Origin: a bacterium
GTDB lineage: Bacteria; UBA8248; JACPRG01; G963555815
DNA: 64,000 nt
Direction: 5' to 3'
NCBI GenBank assembly: GCA_965261595.1
Contig: CBDHDG010000006.1
Span: forward strand, 992,001 to 1,056,000
Position 1 is the stretch's first letter. Every line of letters starts with the position of its first letter. This document shows, piece by piece, positions 1-9,197 of this stretch. A program made the translations under genes and the position numbers. The notes under the pieces were generated by a model that searched no databases, was not told where the DNA came from, and worked only from the letters and a program-made list of their open reading frames with translations.

Positions 1-720
1 TCGGAGATGAGGCGCGGGGCGCCTTCGGCCAACGCCCGCTGGGGCAACGAGGCCAGCGTCCTGGTGGGCGATTACCTGTTCGCCAAGGCCCTGTGGCTCA
101 TGGCGTCGGACGGCGATCTGGACATCCTCCGCGTCGTGTCCGGCGCCACGGTCTTCCTCTCGGAAGGCGAAGTCCTCCAGCTCATCAACGAGTACAACCT
201 CGCCTCCACCGAGGAGAGCTACCTGGATGTGATCTACCGCAAGACGGCGGCCTTGATGGCCACGTCCTGCCGCATCGGCGGCATCCTGGGGAACATGTCC
301 CGGGAGATCGAAGAACAACTGGGGGTGATCGGCTCGAACATCGGGTCCGCCTTCCAACTGGTGGACGACTCCCTGGATTACATGGCCCGGGCGGACCGGA
401 TCGGAAAACCCGTCGGGCAGGACCTCTCCGACGGAAACGTCACCCTTCCCCTGATCCACCTCTACCGCTCGGCGGATGAGGAGGAAAGACAGCGGATTCG
501 CCATGTCTTCTTCGAGTCCAACGGAACCCCGGACGGAAAGCTCGATTCCATCCTCAACATGATGAAAAAGCACGGGTCCATCGCGTACACCCTGTCCCGG
601 GCCGCCGACTTCGTCGAGCGGGCGAAGGCCTCCCTGCGCGAGTTGCCGGACAACCTGGACCCCTTCTACCGCAACGCCCTCATCTCCCTGGCCGATTACA
701 TCGTCGAGCGGGACCGGTAG
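1..720 (+). CDS. Polyprenyl diphosphate synthase (IspB/HepT-like), 5'-truncated by the window edge
   Basis: RRG after the first Asp-rich motif, GDYL, KTA, FQLVDD..D (second Asp-rich motif) and GKP.G.DL..G..TLP. Confidence 0.9.
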   Translation, partial: SEMRRGAPSANARWGNEASVLVGDYLFAKALWLMASDGDLDILRVVSGATVFLSEGEVLQLINEYNLASTEESYLDVIYRKTAALMATSCRIGGILGNMSREIEEQLGVIGSNIGSAFQLVDDSLDYMARADRIGKPVGQDLSDGNVTLPLIHLYRSADEEERQRIRHVFFESNGTPDGKLDSILNMMKKHGSIAYTLSRAADFVERAKASLRELPDNLDPFYRNALISLADYIVERDR

Positions 721-842
721 GGCGTGTCTCGTATATGGTTTTACATATTGAGCCCTGAATTGTCCCTTTCCGGCCGGACAAGGAGTCAACCGACTCAAAC
801 GCCCGGCCTACCAAACGGTGGATAGCCGGTTTTTCAAACTTA

Positions 843-866
843 GGTGGGGCGGGCATCTTGCCCGCC
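843..866. repeat. REP-like hairpin
   Basis: GGTGG-GGCGGGCA-TCT-TGCCCGCC, a perfect 8-bp stem in intergenic DNA. Confidence 0.5.
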
Positions 867-912
867 ATCTCCGGAACCCGAAAGCAACAAACGCCAATCA
901 AAAGGAAAAACC

Positions 913-1188
913 GTGGCCGGAAAATCCATCGGCTCCCTGATTCTCTTCATGGTTGTGGGCGGTCTCGTGGGGAGCGTTCTGGGCGAAATTCTCGGCCGTC
1001 TCGCGGGGCAGGGATTCTGGAACAACATCCTGACCACGGGCGTCCACTTCGGCGTTCAGGATCCGGTCCATCAACCCATCGCCGTCAATCTGGGCATTGT
1101 CATCCTTTCCTTCGGGCTCGCCATCAAGGTCTCCCTTCTCGGCATCCTCGGCCTGGTCGTAGGCGTGGTTCTGCACCGGAAGCTCTGA
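913..1188 (+). CDS. DUF4321-like small membrane protein
   Basis: GTG start after AAAGGA; hydrophobic helices; NLGIVILSFGLAIKVSLLGILG pattern; commonly found next to maf. Confidence 0.7.
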   Translation: MAGKSIGSLILFMVVGGLVGSVLGEILGRLAGQGFWNNILTTGVHFGVQDPVHQPIAVNLGIVILSFGLAIKVSLLGILGLVVGVVLHRKL

Positions 1189-1196
1189 ATCAGGAC

Positions 1197-1859
1197 ATGA
1201 CGTCTCCCCCCCTGGTCCTGGCCTCCGCCTCACCCCGCCGAAAACACCTTCTCGAACAAGCCGGCTTGGTCTTCGAGGTCCTGCCTGCCGACGTGGAGGA
1301 GCGCTACAACGGAGAACCGCCGGAAGAATTCGCCGGAAGGTGCTCAGCCCGCAAGGCCGCCGAGGTCTTCCCCCTTCGGCCCGCGGCGGCGGTCGTGGCG
1401 GCAGACACGATCGTCGTCCTGTGCGACCGCGCTTCGGGAAAAGACCGTGTGCTCGGGAAACCGGCCGGGCCGGCGGAGGCCCGCTCCATGCTGGCCGGGC
1501 TCAGCGGCCGGGAGCACCGCGTCATCACGGGTGTCACCGTCCGGCGGGGAAAGGAAGAGCGGACCGGCGCCCGGGAGACCCGCGTGCGTTTTCGGACGCT
1601 CGACCCGGAGACGATCGGCCGCTATGTCGCCACGGGCGAGCCGCTGGACAAGGCAGGGGCTTACGGAATCCAGGACCGCGGCGTTCACTTGGTCGAGAGC
1701 CTGGAAGGTTGTTACACTAATGTGGTGGGTCTTCCGCTCGGGCTCTTGAGAGAGCTTCTTCTCGGCGTGGGGCTGGACGCCCTCCCGCCAAGTCCGTGCG
1801 GCGCGTTCGCCAAATCGAAGGAAGTCGAGGAATGCCTCAACCGGACACGGCGCTCCTGA
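1197..1859 (+). CDS. maf: Maf family nucleoside triphosphate pyrophosphatase
   Basis: LVLASASPRR, ADTIV, GKP, DKAGAYGIQ, NVVGLP. Confidence 0.92.
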   Translation: MTSPPLVLASASPRRKHLLEQAGLVFEVLPADVEERYNGEPPEEFAGRCSARKAAEVFPLRPAAAVVAADTIVVLCDRASGKDRVLGKPAGPAEARSMLAGLSGREHRVITGVTVRRGKEERTGARETRVRFRTLDPETIGRYVATGEPLDKAGAYGIQDRGVHLVESLEGCYTNVVGLPLGLLRELLLGVGLDALPPSPCGAFAKSKEVEECLNRTRRS

Positions 1860-2998
1860 TCCTGGACATGCAGCGCGACCTGGCGGCGCCCGGGGGCGTT
1901 CGGTATCACGAACGGACGGCGTCGGTCATCGAGCCCATCCTCCGTCTGCGCGGGTTCGCCCGCGAGAAGGGTTGGCCCGTCCTCTACACCCGCAATGTCC
2001 ACGAGCCCTGGACGTTCGATCCGGAACGCGGCGGACCCCGCTGGTGCGTCCGGGGGACGCCGGGCGTCGAAATCATCGACGCGTGCAAACCCGACCCCGG
2101 CGAGACCGTCGTCCGGAAGCGGACGCCGGACGCGTTCTTCGGAACGGAGCTGGACTCCCTCCTGCGGAAGCTCGGCGTGAAGCGTCTGGTCCTGGCCGGG
2201 GTCTTCGCCAACGAAGGGGTCCTGATCACCGCCGGGGAAGCGGCGCTGCGGTGGTATGACCTGATCCTGCCCGCCGACACGGCGGCCGGACGAACGGACT
2301 TCGACGATCAGGCCACGCTCCGGGAGATCTCCTTCCTCTACCAAGGGAAGCTGACCACGACCGAAGCCCTCCTGGCGGGACGCGAGGCGGACGTGGCGGC
2401 GGACACCTCTGTCGCCCCTCCCGAGCAAGTCCGCCAAGAGTCAATCGGCCTGCCGGCGGGGGAGACCGCGCTGATCGTGGTCGACATGCAGAACGACTTC
2501 GCGCGGGATGGAGGCTCGCTCTTCGTCCCGGATACGGCGGACACCATCGAGCCCATCCGGTCCCTGCTGCACGAGGCGCGGGAGAAGGGGGTGAGGGCCG
2601 TCTTCACCCAGGATTGGCACCGTACGGACGACGCCGAGTTCCGGATCTGGCCGGTTCACGCCGTCGCGGGGACTCCCGGCGCGGAGGTGATCGGCCCGCT
2701 GGAAGCGCGGGACGATGAGCTTCGGGTGAAGAAGCTCCGGTACGACGCCTTCTACGGGACATCGCTCGATCACCTGCTCCGCCTGAGCGGCGTGCGAAAT
2801 GTGGTCGTGACGGGAACGGTCTCGAACATCTGCGTCCTCCACACAGTCGGCAAAGCGGCGCTCCACGGCTACCGCGTGGTGGTCGCGGAGGACGGTATCT
2901 CCTCCCTCGACCCCTTCGATCAGGCCCTGACCCTGCGCCAGATCACCGAGGTGTTCCAGGGCGAAGTGTGCGGCTCGGCCGGCGTGCGCTTCGACTGA
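1832..2998 (+). CDS. Tandem two-domain isochorismatase/nicotinamidase-family cysteine hydrolase
   Basis: Two copies of the fold (LDMQRD..KRTPDAF and VDMQNDF..QDWH..WPVH..KKLRYDAF..SNICV). Confidence 0.88.
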   Translation: MPQPDTALLILDMQRDLAAPGGVRYHERTASVIEPILRLRGFAREKGWPVLYTRNVHEPWTFDPERGGPRWCVRGTPGVEIIDACKPDPGETVVRKRTPDAFFGTELDSLLRKLGVKRLVLAGVFANEGVLITAGEAALRWYDLILPADTAAGRTDFDDQATLREISFLYQGKLTTTEALLAGREADVAADTSVAPPEQVRQESIGLPAGETALIVVDMQNDFARDGGSLFVPDTADTIEPIRSLLHEAREKGVRAVFTQDWHRTDDAEFRIWPVHAVAGTPGAEVIGPLEARDDELRVKKLRYDAFYGTSLDHLLRLSGVRNVVVTGTVSNICVLHTVGKAALHGYRVVVAEDGISSLDPFDQALTLRQITEVFQGEVCGSAGVRFD

Positions 2999-3138
2999 CC
3001 CGGCCCTTCCCTGTTGTGAGGCCGGGCGACAGGGATTAAAATGAATCCGTCCGAAATGGCCGACCGTTTAAAAATCGGAGCGGCGGGGGAAGCCCCGCGG
3101 CCGGGGAAATCACCATGCCCGAGATGAGGACCTGAATC

Positions 3139-3846
3139 ATGAAGCTCGAAGACGCCAAGAAAGAAGGCCGATTCCGGATCGGCCTCATCGTCCCCTCCTC
3201 CAACACCACGATGGAAGTGGATTTCTACAACCACCTGGAGGAGAAATCCTCCGTCCACATCGCCCGGATGTACCTGGACACGACGACCAAAGAGGCGGAG
3301 GAAATCATGGTCCGGGAGTCCGCCCCCGCGGCGGCGGATATGATCCGCACGCTCTACCCCCATGTGACGGTGTTCGGCTGCACCTCGGGCGGATCGATCT
3401 TCGGGATGGATTACGACCGGAAGATCGCCAAAGACCTGACCCAAGTGACCGGCGCGGGCCGGACCGTCACCGTCCTCGGGGCCGTCACCGAACAGCTTCA
3501 GCATATCGGGGCCAAGCGCATCGCCGTCTTCACGCCTTACATCGACGAGCTGAACCGGACCATTCAGTCCTGCATGGAAGAGGAAGGCTTCGAGGTCCTG
3601 TCCATCCAGGGCATGGGAATCACGGTCAACTTCGACATCGGCGTGGTGTCGCCCGAGGAAATCCTGGCGTTCGCCCGGGAGCGGTTCAAGGACCCGGAGG
3701 CCGACGCCCTCTTTTTCTCGTGCACGAACATGAGGGCCCTAGACTCCGTCCCCATCCTGGAGAAGGAATTCGGCAAGCCGATCGTCACCAGCAACCAGGC
3801 GGCGGTGGAGACCGTCAACCGAATCTACCGCTCGGTGATGAACTAG
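3139..3846 (+). CDS. Maleate cis-trans isomerase / Asp-Glu racemase family protein
   Basis: IGLIVPSSNTTME, FGCTSG, FTPY, FSCTN, PIVTSNQA; both catalytic Cys present. Confidence 0.88.
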   Translation: MKLEDAKKEGRFRIGLIVPSSNTTMEVDFYNHLEEKSSVHIARMYLDTTTKEAEEIMVRESAPAAADMIRTLYPHVTVFGCTSGGSIFGMDYDRKIAKDLTQVTGAGRTVTVLGAVTEQLQHIGAKRIAVFTPYIDELNRTIQSCMEEEGFEVLSIQGMGITVNFDIGVVSPEEILAFARERFKDPEADALFFSCTNMRALDSVPILEKEFGKPIVTSNQAAVETVNRIYRSVMN

Positions 3847-3986
3847 AGCACCGCGGCCGCCCCCCCCTCCGTCTCCGAAGTCTTTCACCCTTCGGGACAG
3901 GGGCCGTTCGTTTCTTCGCGCGAAAACCTGACCTGAACTTTCGATGGAATGATGGGCGGCCGACTCAGGGCGCGGAAGGGAGAACC

Positions 3987-5150
3987 ATGAAACTCGCGGA
4001 TCGGATGAGCCGGCTCGGAACGGAGTCGGCCTTCGAAGTCCTGGCGCAGGCCAAAGCCCTGGAGGCGCAGGGGAAGAAAATCGTTCACATGGAAATCGGG
4101 GAGCCGGACTTCGACACCCCGGCCCACATCGGCGAAGCCGCCTACCGGGCCATCCAGGACGGCTACACCCACTACGGTCCATCGGCGGGCCTGCGCGAGC
4201 ACAATCAGGCCGTGGCCGACTATTTCAACAATCGCCACGGACTGGACTACGGGGTCGAGAACATCGTCGTCGCGCCCGGGGCCAAGCCGTTTCTCTTTTT
4301 TGCCATCCTGGCGCTGGCCGGAGAGGGCGAAGAGGTCATCTATCCCAACCCGGGATTTCCCGTGTACGAATCCGTGACGGAATTCGCCGGGGCCAAGGCC
4401 GTCCCGCTCCCGCTCCTGGAGAAAAACGACTTCGCCTTCACGCTGGAGGACGTCGCTTCGCGGGTGACGCCGAAGACCCGGCTGTTGATCCTGAACTACC
4501 CCCACAACCCCACCGGGGGCATTCTGGGCCGGGAGCTCCTGGAGGGGATCGCCCGGCTCGCCATCGACCGCGACTTCGTCGTCCTGGCCGATGAGGTTTA
4601 CTCCCGCATGGTGTATGACGGCGAGCACTACAGCATCGCCCAGGTCCCGGGGATGAAGGAGCGGACCATCCTTCTGGACGGCTATTCCAAGACCTTCGCG
4701 ATGACCGGGTGGAGGCTGGGCTTCATCGCCGCGCCGGTCTTGCTGGCCGACGCCATCACCCGCCTCATCACCAACAGCGTATCCTGCACGGCCAGCTTCG
4801 AGCAGATGGCCGGCATCGCCGCCCTGACGGGTCCCCAGGACGAGGTGCACCGGATGGTCGAAGAATTTCACCGGCGGCGCGACTTCATCGTCAAGGGCCT
4901 CAACGAGATCAAGGGCGTGAGCTGCAAGAATCCGGGCGGGGCCTTCTACGTCTTCCCCAACGTGCGGGAAGTGCCCATGGCACCCGAGGAGGTGGCCCCT
5001 TATCTGATGAGAGAGGCCGGCGTCGCCTGCCTGCCGGGGACCTCATTCGGCGAGTACGGCAAGGGGCACCTGCGCTTTTCCTATGCGGTGTCGCTGGAGG
5101 AAATCGAAGAGGCCCTGACGAACATGGACAGAGCGATCAACAACATTTGA
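3987..5150 (+). CDS. PLP-dependent class I/II aminotransferase
   Basis: GEPDF, NYPHNPTG, DEVY, SKTFAMTGWRLG. Confidence 0.93.
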   Translation: MKLADRMSRLGTESAFEVLAQAKALEAQGKKIVHMEIGEPDFDTPAHIGEAAYRAIQDGYTHYGPSAGLREHNQAVADYFNNRHGLDYGVENIVVAPGAKPFLFFAILALAGEGEEVIYPNPGFPVYESVTEFAGAKAVPLPLLEKNDFAFTLEDVASRVTPKTRLLILNYPHNPTGGILGRELLEGIARLAIDRDFVVLADEVYSRMVYDGEHYSIAQVPGMKERTILLDGYSKTFAMTGWRLGFIAAPVLLADAITRLITNSVSCTASFEQMAGIAALTGPQDEVHRMVEEFHRRRDFIVKGLNEIKGVSCKNPGGAFYVFPNVREVPMAPEEVAPYLMREAGVACLPGTSFGEYGKGHLRFSYAVSLEEIEEALTNMDRAINNI

Positions 5151-5170
5151 GAAATCAGGGGAGAAATGAG

Positions 5171-6166
5171 ATGGCCGCAAAACCCAAAGTCCTGGTGACG
5201 CGCCGATTGCCCAAGGCGGCGATGGACAAGGTCCGCAAGGCGGTGAACGCCCAGGTGAACCCCCACGACCGCCCCATGACCCGCCGGGAGCTCCTGCGGG
5301 GGCTCAAGGGGAAAGACGGCGTTCTTTCCCTTCTCAACGACCGAATGGACGGCGAGGCCATGGACGCCGCCGGCCCGGCATTGAAGGTGATTGCCAACTA
5401 CGCCGTGGGCTTCAACAACATCGTCGTCCCCGACGCCACCGAGCGCGGCATCGTCGTGACCAACACGCCCGAGGTCCTGACGGAAACAACCGCCGACATG
5501 GCCTGGGCGCTCATCATGGCCACCTGCCGAAGAATCGCCGAGGGAGACGACTTCCTCCGGAGCGGAACGCCCTGGGACTGGGCGCCGTTGATGATGCTGG
5601 GCGCGGACGTCCACGGGAAAACCCTGGGCATCCTGGGTTTGGGCCGGATCGGCCAGGGGGTCGCGCGCCGCGCGCGGGGCTTCAACATGAAGGTCATTTA
5701 TTACGACGCCTTCCGCCAGAAACCCGCCGTCGAGAAGAGGCTGGGCGTTCAGTACAAGCGGTTCGACTCGGTCATCAAGCAGGCGGACATCATCACCGTC
5801 CACACACCCCTGATGAAAGAGACCATCCACCTCATCAACGCCAAGATCCTGAAGGCCATGAAGAAAACGGCCTACCTGGTGAACACCTCCCGGGGACCCA
5901 TCGTGGACGAGGCCGCGCTGGCCCGGGCGCTGCGGCGGGGGGACATCGCGGGGGCGGGGATCGACGTCTTCGAGGAAGAGCCCAAGGTTCATCCAGAGCT
6001 GGTGAAATGCCGCAACGCGGTCATTACGCCGCACATCGCCTCGGCCACCATCGAGACCCGGACGGCCATGGGGACGCTGGCGGCCTCGAACCTCATCGCC
6101 GTCCTCAATGGGAAAAAGCCCCCGACGTCCGTCAACCCGGAGGTGTGGCGGAAGCGGAGGAAGTAG
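5171..6166 (+). CDS. D-2-hydroxyacid dehydrogenase (glyoxylate reductase/D-glycerate dehydrogenase-like)
   Basis: TNTPEVL, GLGRIG, NTSRG, DVFEEEP, PHIASAT. Confidence 0.92.
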   Translation: MAAKPKVLVTRRLPKAAMDKVRKAVNAQVNPHDRPMTRRELLRGLKGKDGVLSLLNDRMDGEAMDAAGPALKVIANYAVGFNNIVVPDATERGIVVTNTPEVLTETTADMAWALIMATCRRIAEGDDFLRSGTPWDWAPLMMLGADVHGKTLGILGLGRIGQGVARRARGFNMKVIYYDAFRQKPAVEKRLGVQYKRFDSVIKQADIITVHTPLMKETIHLINAKILKAMKKTAYLVNTSRGPIVDEAALARALRRGDIAGAGIDVFEEEPKVHPELVKCRNAVITPHIASATIETRTAMGTLAASNLIAVLNGKKPPTSVNPEVWRKRRK

Positions 6167-6338
6167 TCCGCTCTCGCGGGTTGCGGGTTGGGCGCTTCGG
6201 GTGGACCGGCCTCGCCCGCGTCAGGCGCGACGGGCCGGCGGCGAGGAATGGTTCCATGCGCGAACAGGCGGATACGCGATTGGGCGTCGCCCCCGCGCCG
6301 GTCTCTCAGAGCCGATGGCGGGCGGGGAATCCTTCTGA

Positions 6339-6977
6339 TCAGCTCCGGTCCAATGCCGAGCGGAGGGTCGAGTTCTCCCGCTTTTGCTCCTCGGAAAGGG
6401 GAAGATCTTTTTGTGTGCGCATCAGCCCGCGCTCGTGCAGGTCATCCATGAGTTTCTTCAGATGGAGCCCCATCCAGACACCCTTCAGCCCCAGGAACCC
6501 CGACTCGAAGGCGCGGACCTCTCCCCGGCTCGTCGTCAGGTCCCTGAAATAAACCAAAAGACCCCTGATGGACATCCAGCGGCGGACCCGGGGATTTACC
6601 CGAAACCCCTTCACCACAACGATACGGTGCTTGGCCCTTTCGGGAAGCCTCAGGACCGTGAAGGCCTCGGAGTCGACGCCTTCCCGCTCCGGGGAGATGA
6701 TCAGGTGCGTCACCGAGGGGATGTGGTTCTTCCGAATCCATTGATTGACCCACCGATCCAAATTCATGGCGTCGGCGAACACCACCCGCACCATGAACTC
6801 GATGTCCTCCCGGCTGTAGGTTTCGCCGCCCCGCCGCAGGGCCAGGATGCGGTCCCGCCCGCGATTCGCCTCCAACGACGCGCTCGCCTCTTGCGCGTGG
6901 GCCGGCGCCCATTGGAGACCCGACACGCACAAGGCGGCCCCAAAAAAGCAGGTGATCCCTAAAGAAATCTTCTTCAC
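6339..6977 (-). CDS. Hypothetical exported protein
   Basis: MKKISLG..APAHA signal peptide; no family recognised. Confidence 0.6.
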   Translation of the reverse strand: MKKISLGITCFFGAALCVSGLQWAPAHAQEASASLEANRGRDRILALRRGGETYSREDIEFMVRVVFADAMNLDRWVNQWIRKNHIPSVTHLIISPEREGVDSEAFTVLRLPERAKHRIVVVKGFRVNPRVRRWMSIRGLLVYFRDLTTSRGEVRAFESGFLGLKGVWMGLHLKKLMDDLHERGLMRTQKDLPLSEEQKRENSTLRSALDRS

Positions 6978-7359
6978 AGTGACATCCCGAATCCCGCTCG
7001 ATGGACGAGCGTTCTTACCCGCGTGTCAGCGGGTCATTTTCATCCATGCAAACGCGGTTTGCGCGGACGATATCCGCTGAGGCCCAACAGCATTCCCCAG
7101 ACCATTCGGTTTGCGCGCTGGTGGGCGAGTCGGACAAGTCCGTCCGAATCCATCCCGGCATTTCTACGGCAGGCTGGAAAACAGGCGGGAACCCAAATCC
7201 AAGGATCTCAAAAGCGAGGGTGTTCAGTCCGAGGAGTATGAATCCGGCATTTCAACCCGGCCCGATCGGCGTGCGCCGAAGTGATTGCTCAACCAATCTA
7301 TAGCCATATGTAGGCCGTCGTTTCCGCAATCCAAAACGGTTATTTTGAAAATCCCCCCT

Positions 7360-8475
7360 TCACCCGGCGGAGGAATCCGGGATGCGCCACCGCTCGCCGA
7401 CGGCCATCAGCCGGACGGCCTCCGGGTCTCCCCCGGCGGCCCGGACCGCCTTCTTCAATTCCTTCGGCGGCTGGTCCACGGGTTCGTTGGTGAGGTCGAA
7501 GGCGCCCCAGTGCATGGGCAGCATCCAGCGGGCGCGAAGCTCTCCGAAGGCCCGGTAGGCCTCGGCGGGGTCCAGGTGGGCGTAGCGCATGAACCACCGG
7601 GGCGCGTAGGCGCCGATGGGCAGCATGGCCGCGTCGATGGGGCCGAACTTCCGGCCGTACTCGGCGAACCCTTGATAGTAACCGCTGTCTCCGGCGAAGA
7701 AGAATTTCCGGCTCTCCGATTCAATCAGCCAGGAGCACCACAGCGTGCTGTTCGCCCCCATGCCGAACCTGTTCGACCAATGCTGGGCCGGAAGACAGGT
7801 CAACTTCCAGCGGCCGCGCCGCGCCGATTGCCACCAGTCGAGCGCCACCACCCGCCTGCCCCGGTCACGGAACCACCCGGCCAGCCCCATGGGCACGTAC
7901 CACGTGACGCTGTCCGGAAGATTTTCCACCGTCCAGGCATCCATGTGGTCGTAATGGTTGTGGGAAAGCAAGGCGAAGGCATCGGCCGGAATTTTCTCTA
8001 TGGGGACGCCGGGCGGATGGAGCCGTTTGGGGAAAAAAGCGCGGGCGCCGAAATGGGGGTCGGTCAGAAACGTGTCGCCGCCGTCCTTGACCACATACGT
8101 ACAATGGCCCACCCAGGTGAAGGAGGTGGAGCGCTCCGGCTCAGACAGATAATCACCGTCATTGGCCACTGTGGGAACGCGGGGCGGCGTCCGCTTCGCC
8201 GTCCACCACTCGTTCCGGTAGAAGAGCCTCATCCGGTAATAGCTCAATGGACCGTGCCGCCTCTTCCACCAGGGGTTGAACCACTCTCCGGGCCGGCCGT
8301 GGGAAGCGTAGAGGGAGTCCGGCGATCCGGAGAGGAGACCTTCTTCCTCGCGCGAGGGAAGCGGCGAAGGGCCGGAGAACCCGAATCGCCCGCACCCGGA
8401 GAGCAGACCCGCCGCGCCGAGACCCGTCCCGGCGGCCAACCGGAGAAACCTTCGTCTGTCGAACCGGCCCTTCAT
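7360..8475 (-). CDS. Tat-exported MBL-fold metallo-hydrolase (NAPE-PLD/RomA-like), probable lipoprotein
   Basis: DRRRFL Tat motif, LSGC lipobox, SHNHYDHMD, PAQHWS, GDSGY, PIGAY, PMHWG. Confidence 0.88.
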   Translation of the reverse strand: MKGRFDRRRFLRLAAGTGLGAAGLLSGCGRFGFSGPSPLPSREEEGLLSGSPDSLYASHGRPGEWFNPWWKRRHGPLSYYRMRLFYRNEWWTAKRTPPRVPTVANDGDYLSEPERSTSFTWVGHCTYVVKDGGDTFLTDPHFGARAFFPKRLHPPGVPIEKIPADAFALLSHNHYDHMDAWTVENLPDSVTWYVPMGLAGWFRDRGRRVVALDWWQSARRGRWKLTCLPAQHWSNRFGMGANSTLWCSWLIESESRKFFFAGDSGYYQGFAEYGRKFGPIDAAMLPIGAYAPRWFMRYAHLDPAEAYRAFGELRARWMLPMHWGAFDLTNEPVDQPPKELKKAVRAAGGDPEAVRLMAVGERWRIPDSSAG

Positions 8476-8662
8476 CTCCAGACCTCCTGAAATATCCGAG
8501 CGCGGTCCCTTTCTTGAACGGACCTGCATGTCCCCTCTTTTATAGCCCATGGGAAACTCAATGAACATCGCGACCCGGACCCTTCATGCGCCGGTCGGCG
8601 TTGATGTGCGATGGTCATCGCCGCACCTGATTCGATCAAGTGGCCCAAAGTGTTGCAATGAT

Positions 8663-8691
8663 TTGACGAAAGAGACTTTCGAGATTAGACT
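8663..8691 (+). promoter_or_regulatory. Candidate sigma70 promoter for glutaredoxin
   Basis: TTGACG-N17-TAGACT. Confidence 0.5.
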
Positions 8692-8778
8692 GAGCAACTC
8701 GATGATCTGGAGGGGGAAACAATCAAAGGTCGCCGGGGCACCCTGGGCCGCCTGGGTGAGCGTGGAGGAATCGCGGCC

Positions 8779-9045
8779 GTGTCCCAACCCACAGTCGTCA
8801 TCTACACGACTGATCCATGCGGATACTGCAAGATGGCGAAAACCCTTTTCGATAAGAAAGGGGTTGCGTATGAAGAGAAAATGGTTTTCGGCGGAACCCC
8901 CGAATGGGAAGAAATGCTGACCGTCACCGACGGCGCCAAGACCGTGCCCCAGGTTCTGATCGATGGCCGGACCGTAGGGGGGTATCCGGATCTGTTGAAA
9001 CTCCAAAAGTCCGGAGAGCTGGATTCGCTCTTGAACCTCGCTTGA
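8779..9045 (+). CDS. grxC: Glutaredoxin 3-like
   Basis: CGYC active site, TVPQV, VGGY. Confidence 0.85.
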   Translation: MSQPTVVIYTTDPCGYCKMAKTLFDKKGVAYEEKMVFGGTPEWEEMLTVTDGAKTVPQVLIDGRTVGGYPDLLKLQKSGELDSLLNLA

Positions 9046-9197
9046 GGGATTCGGGCGTCCTTTGGAGCGCCGGGGGTTTTGTCTCCGGCGCCTGCCAGAC
9101 ATAAACCGCGGAAATCAGCCCCGTGCGGCGAGGCCGCGTCGGGAGGTTTCCTGAGACTTCAACCGAAGCATGATGTCCATTGCTTCGGGGGGGCTGA

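Noticed and set aside
7040..7130. Possible c-di-GMP riboswitch (GCAAACC twice on the minus strand)
   Set aside because: Lacks the GAAA tetraloop/GACGCAAAG and P3 elements; it is only an 11-bp direct repeat.
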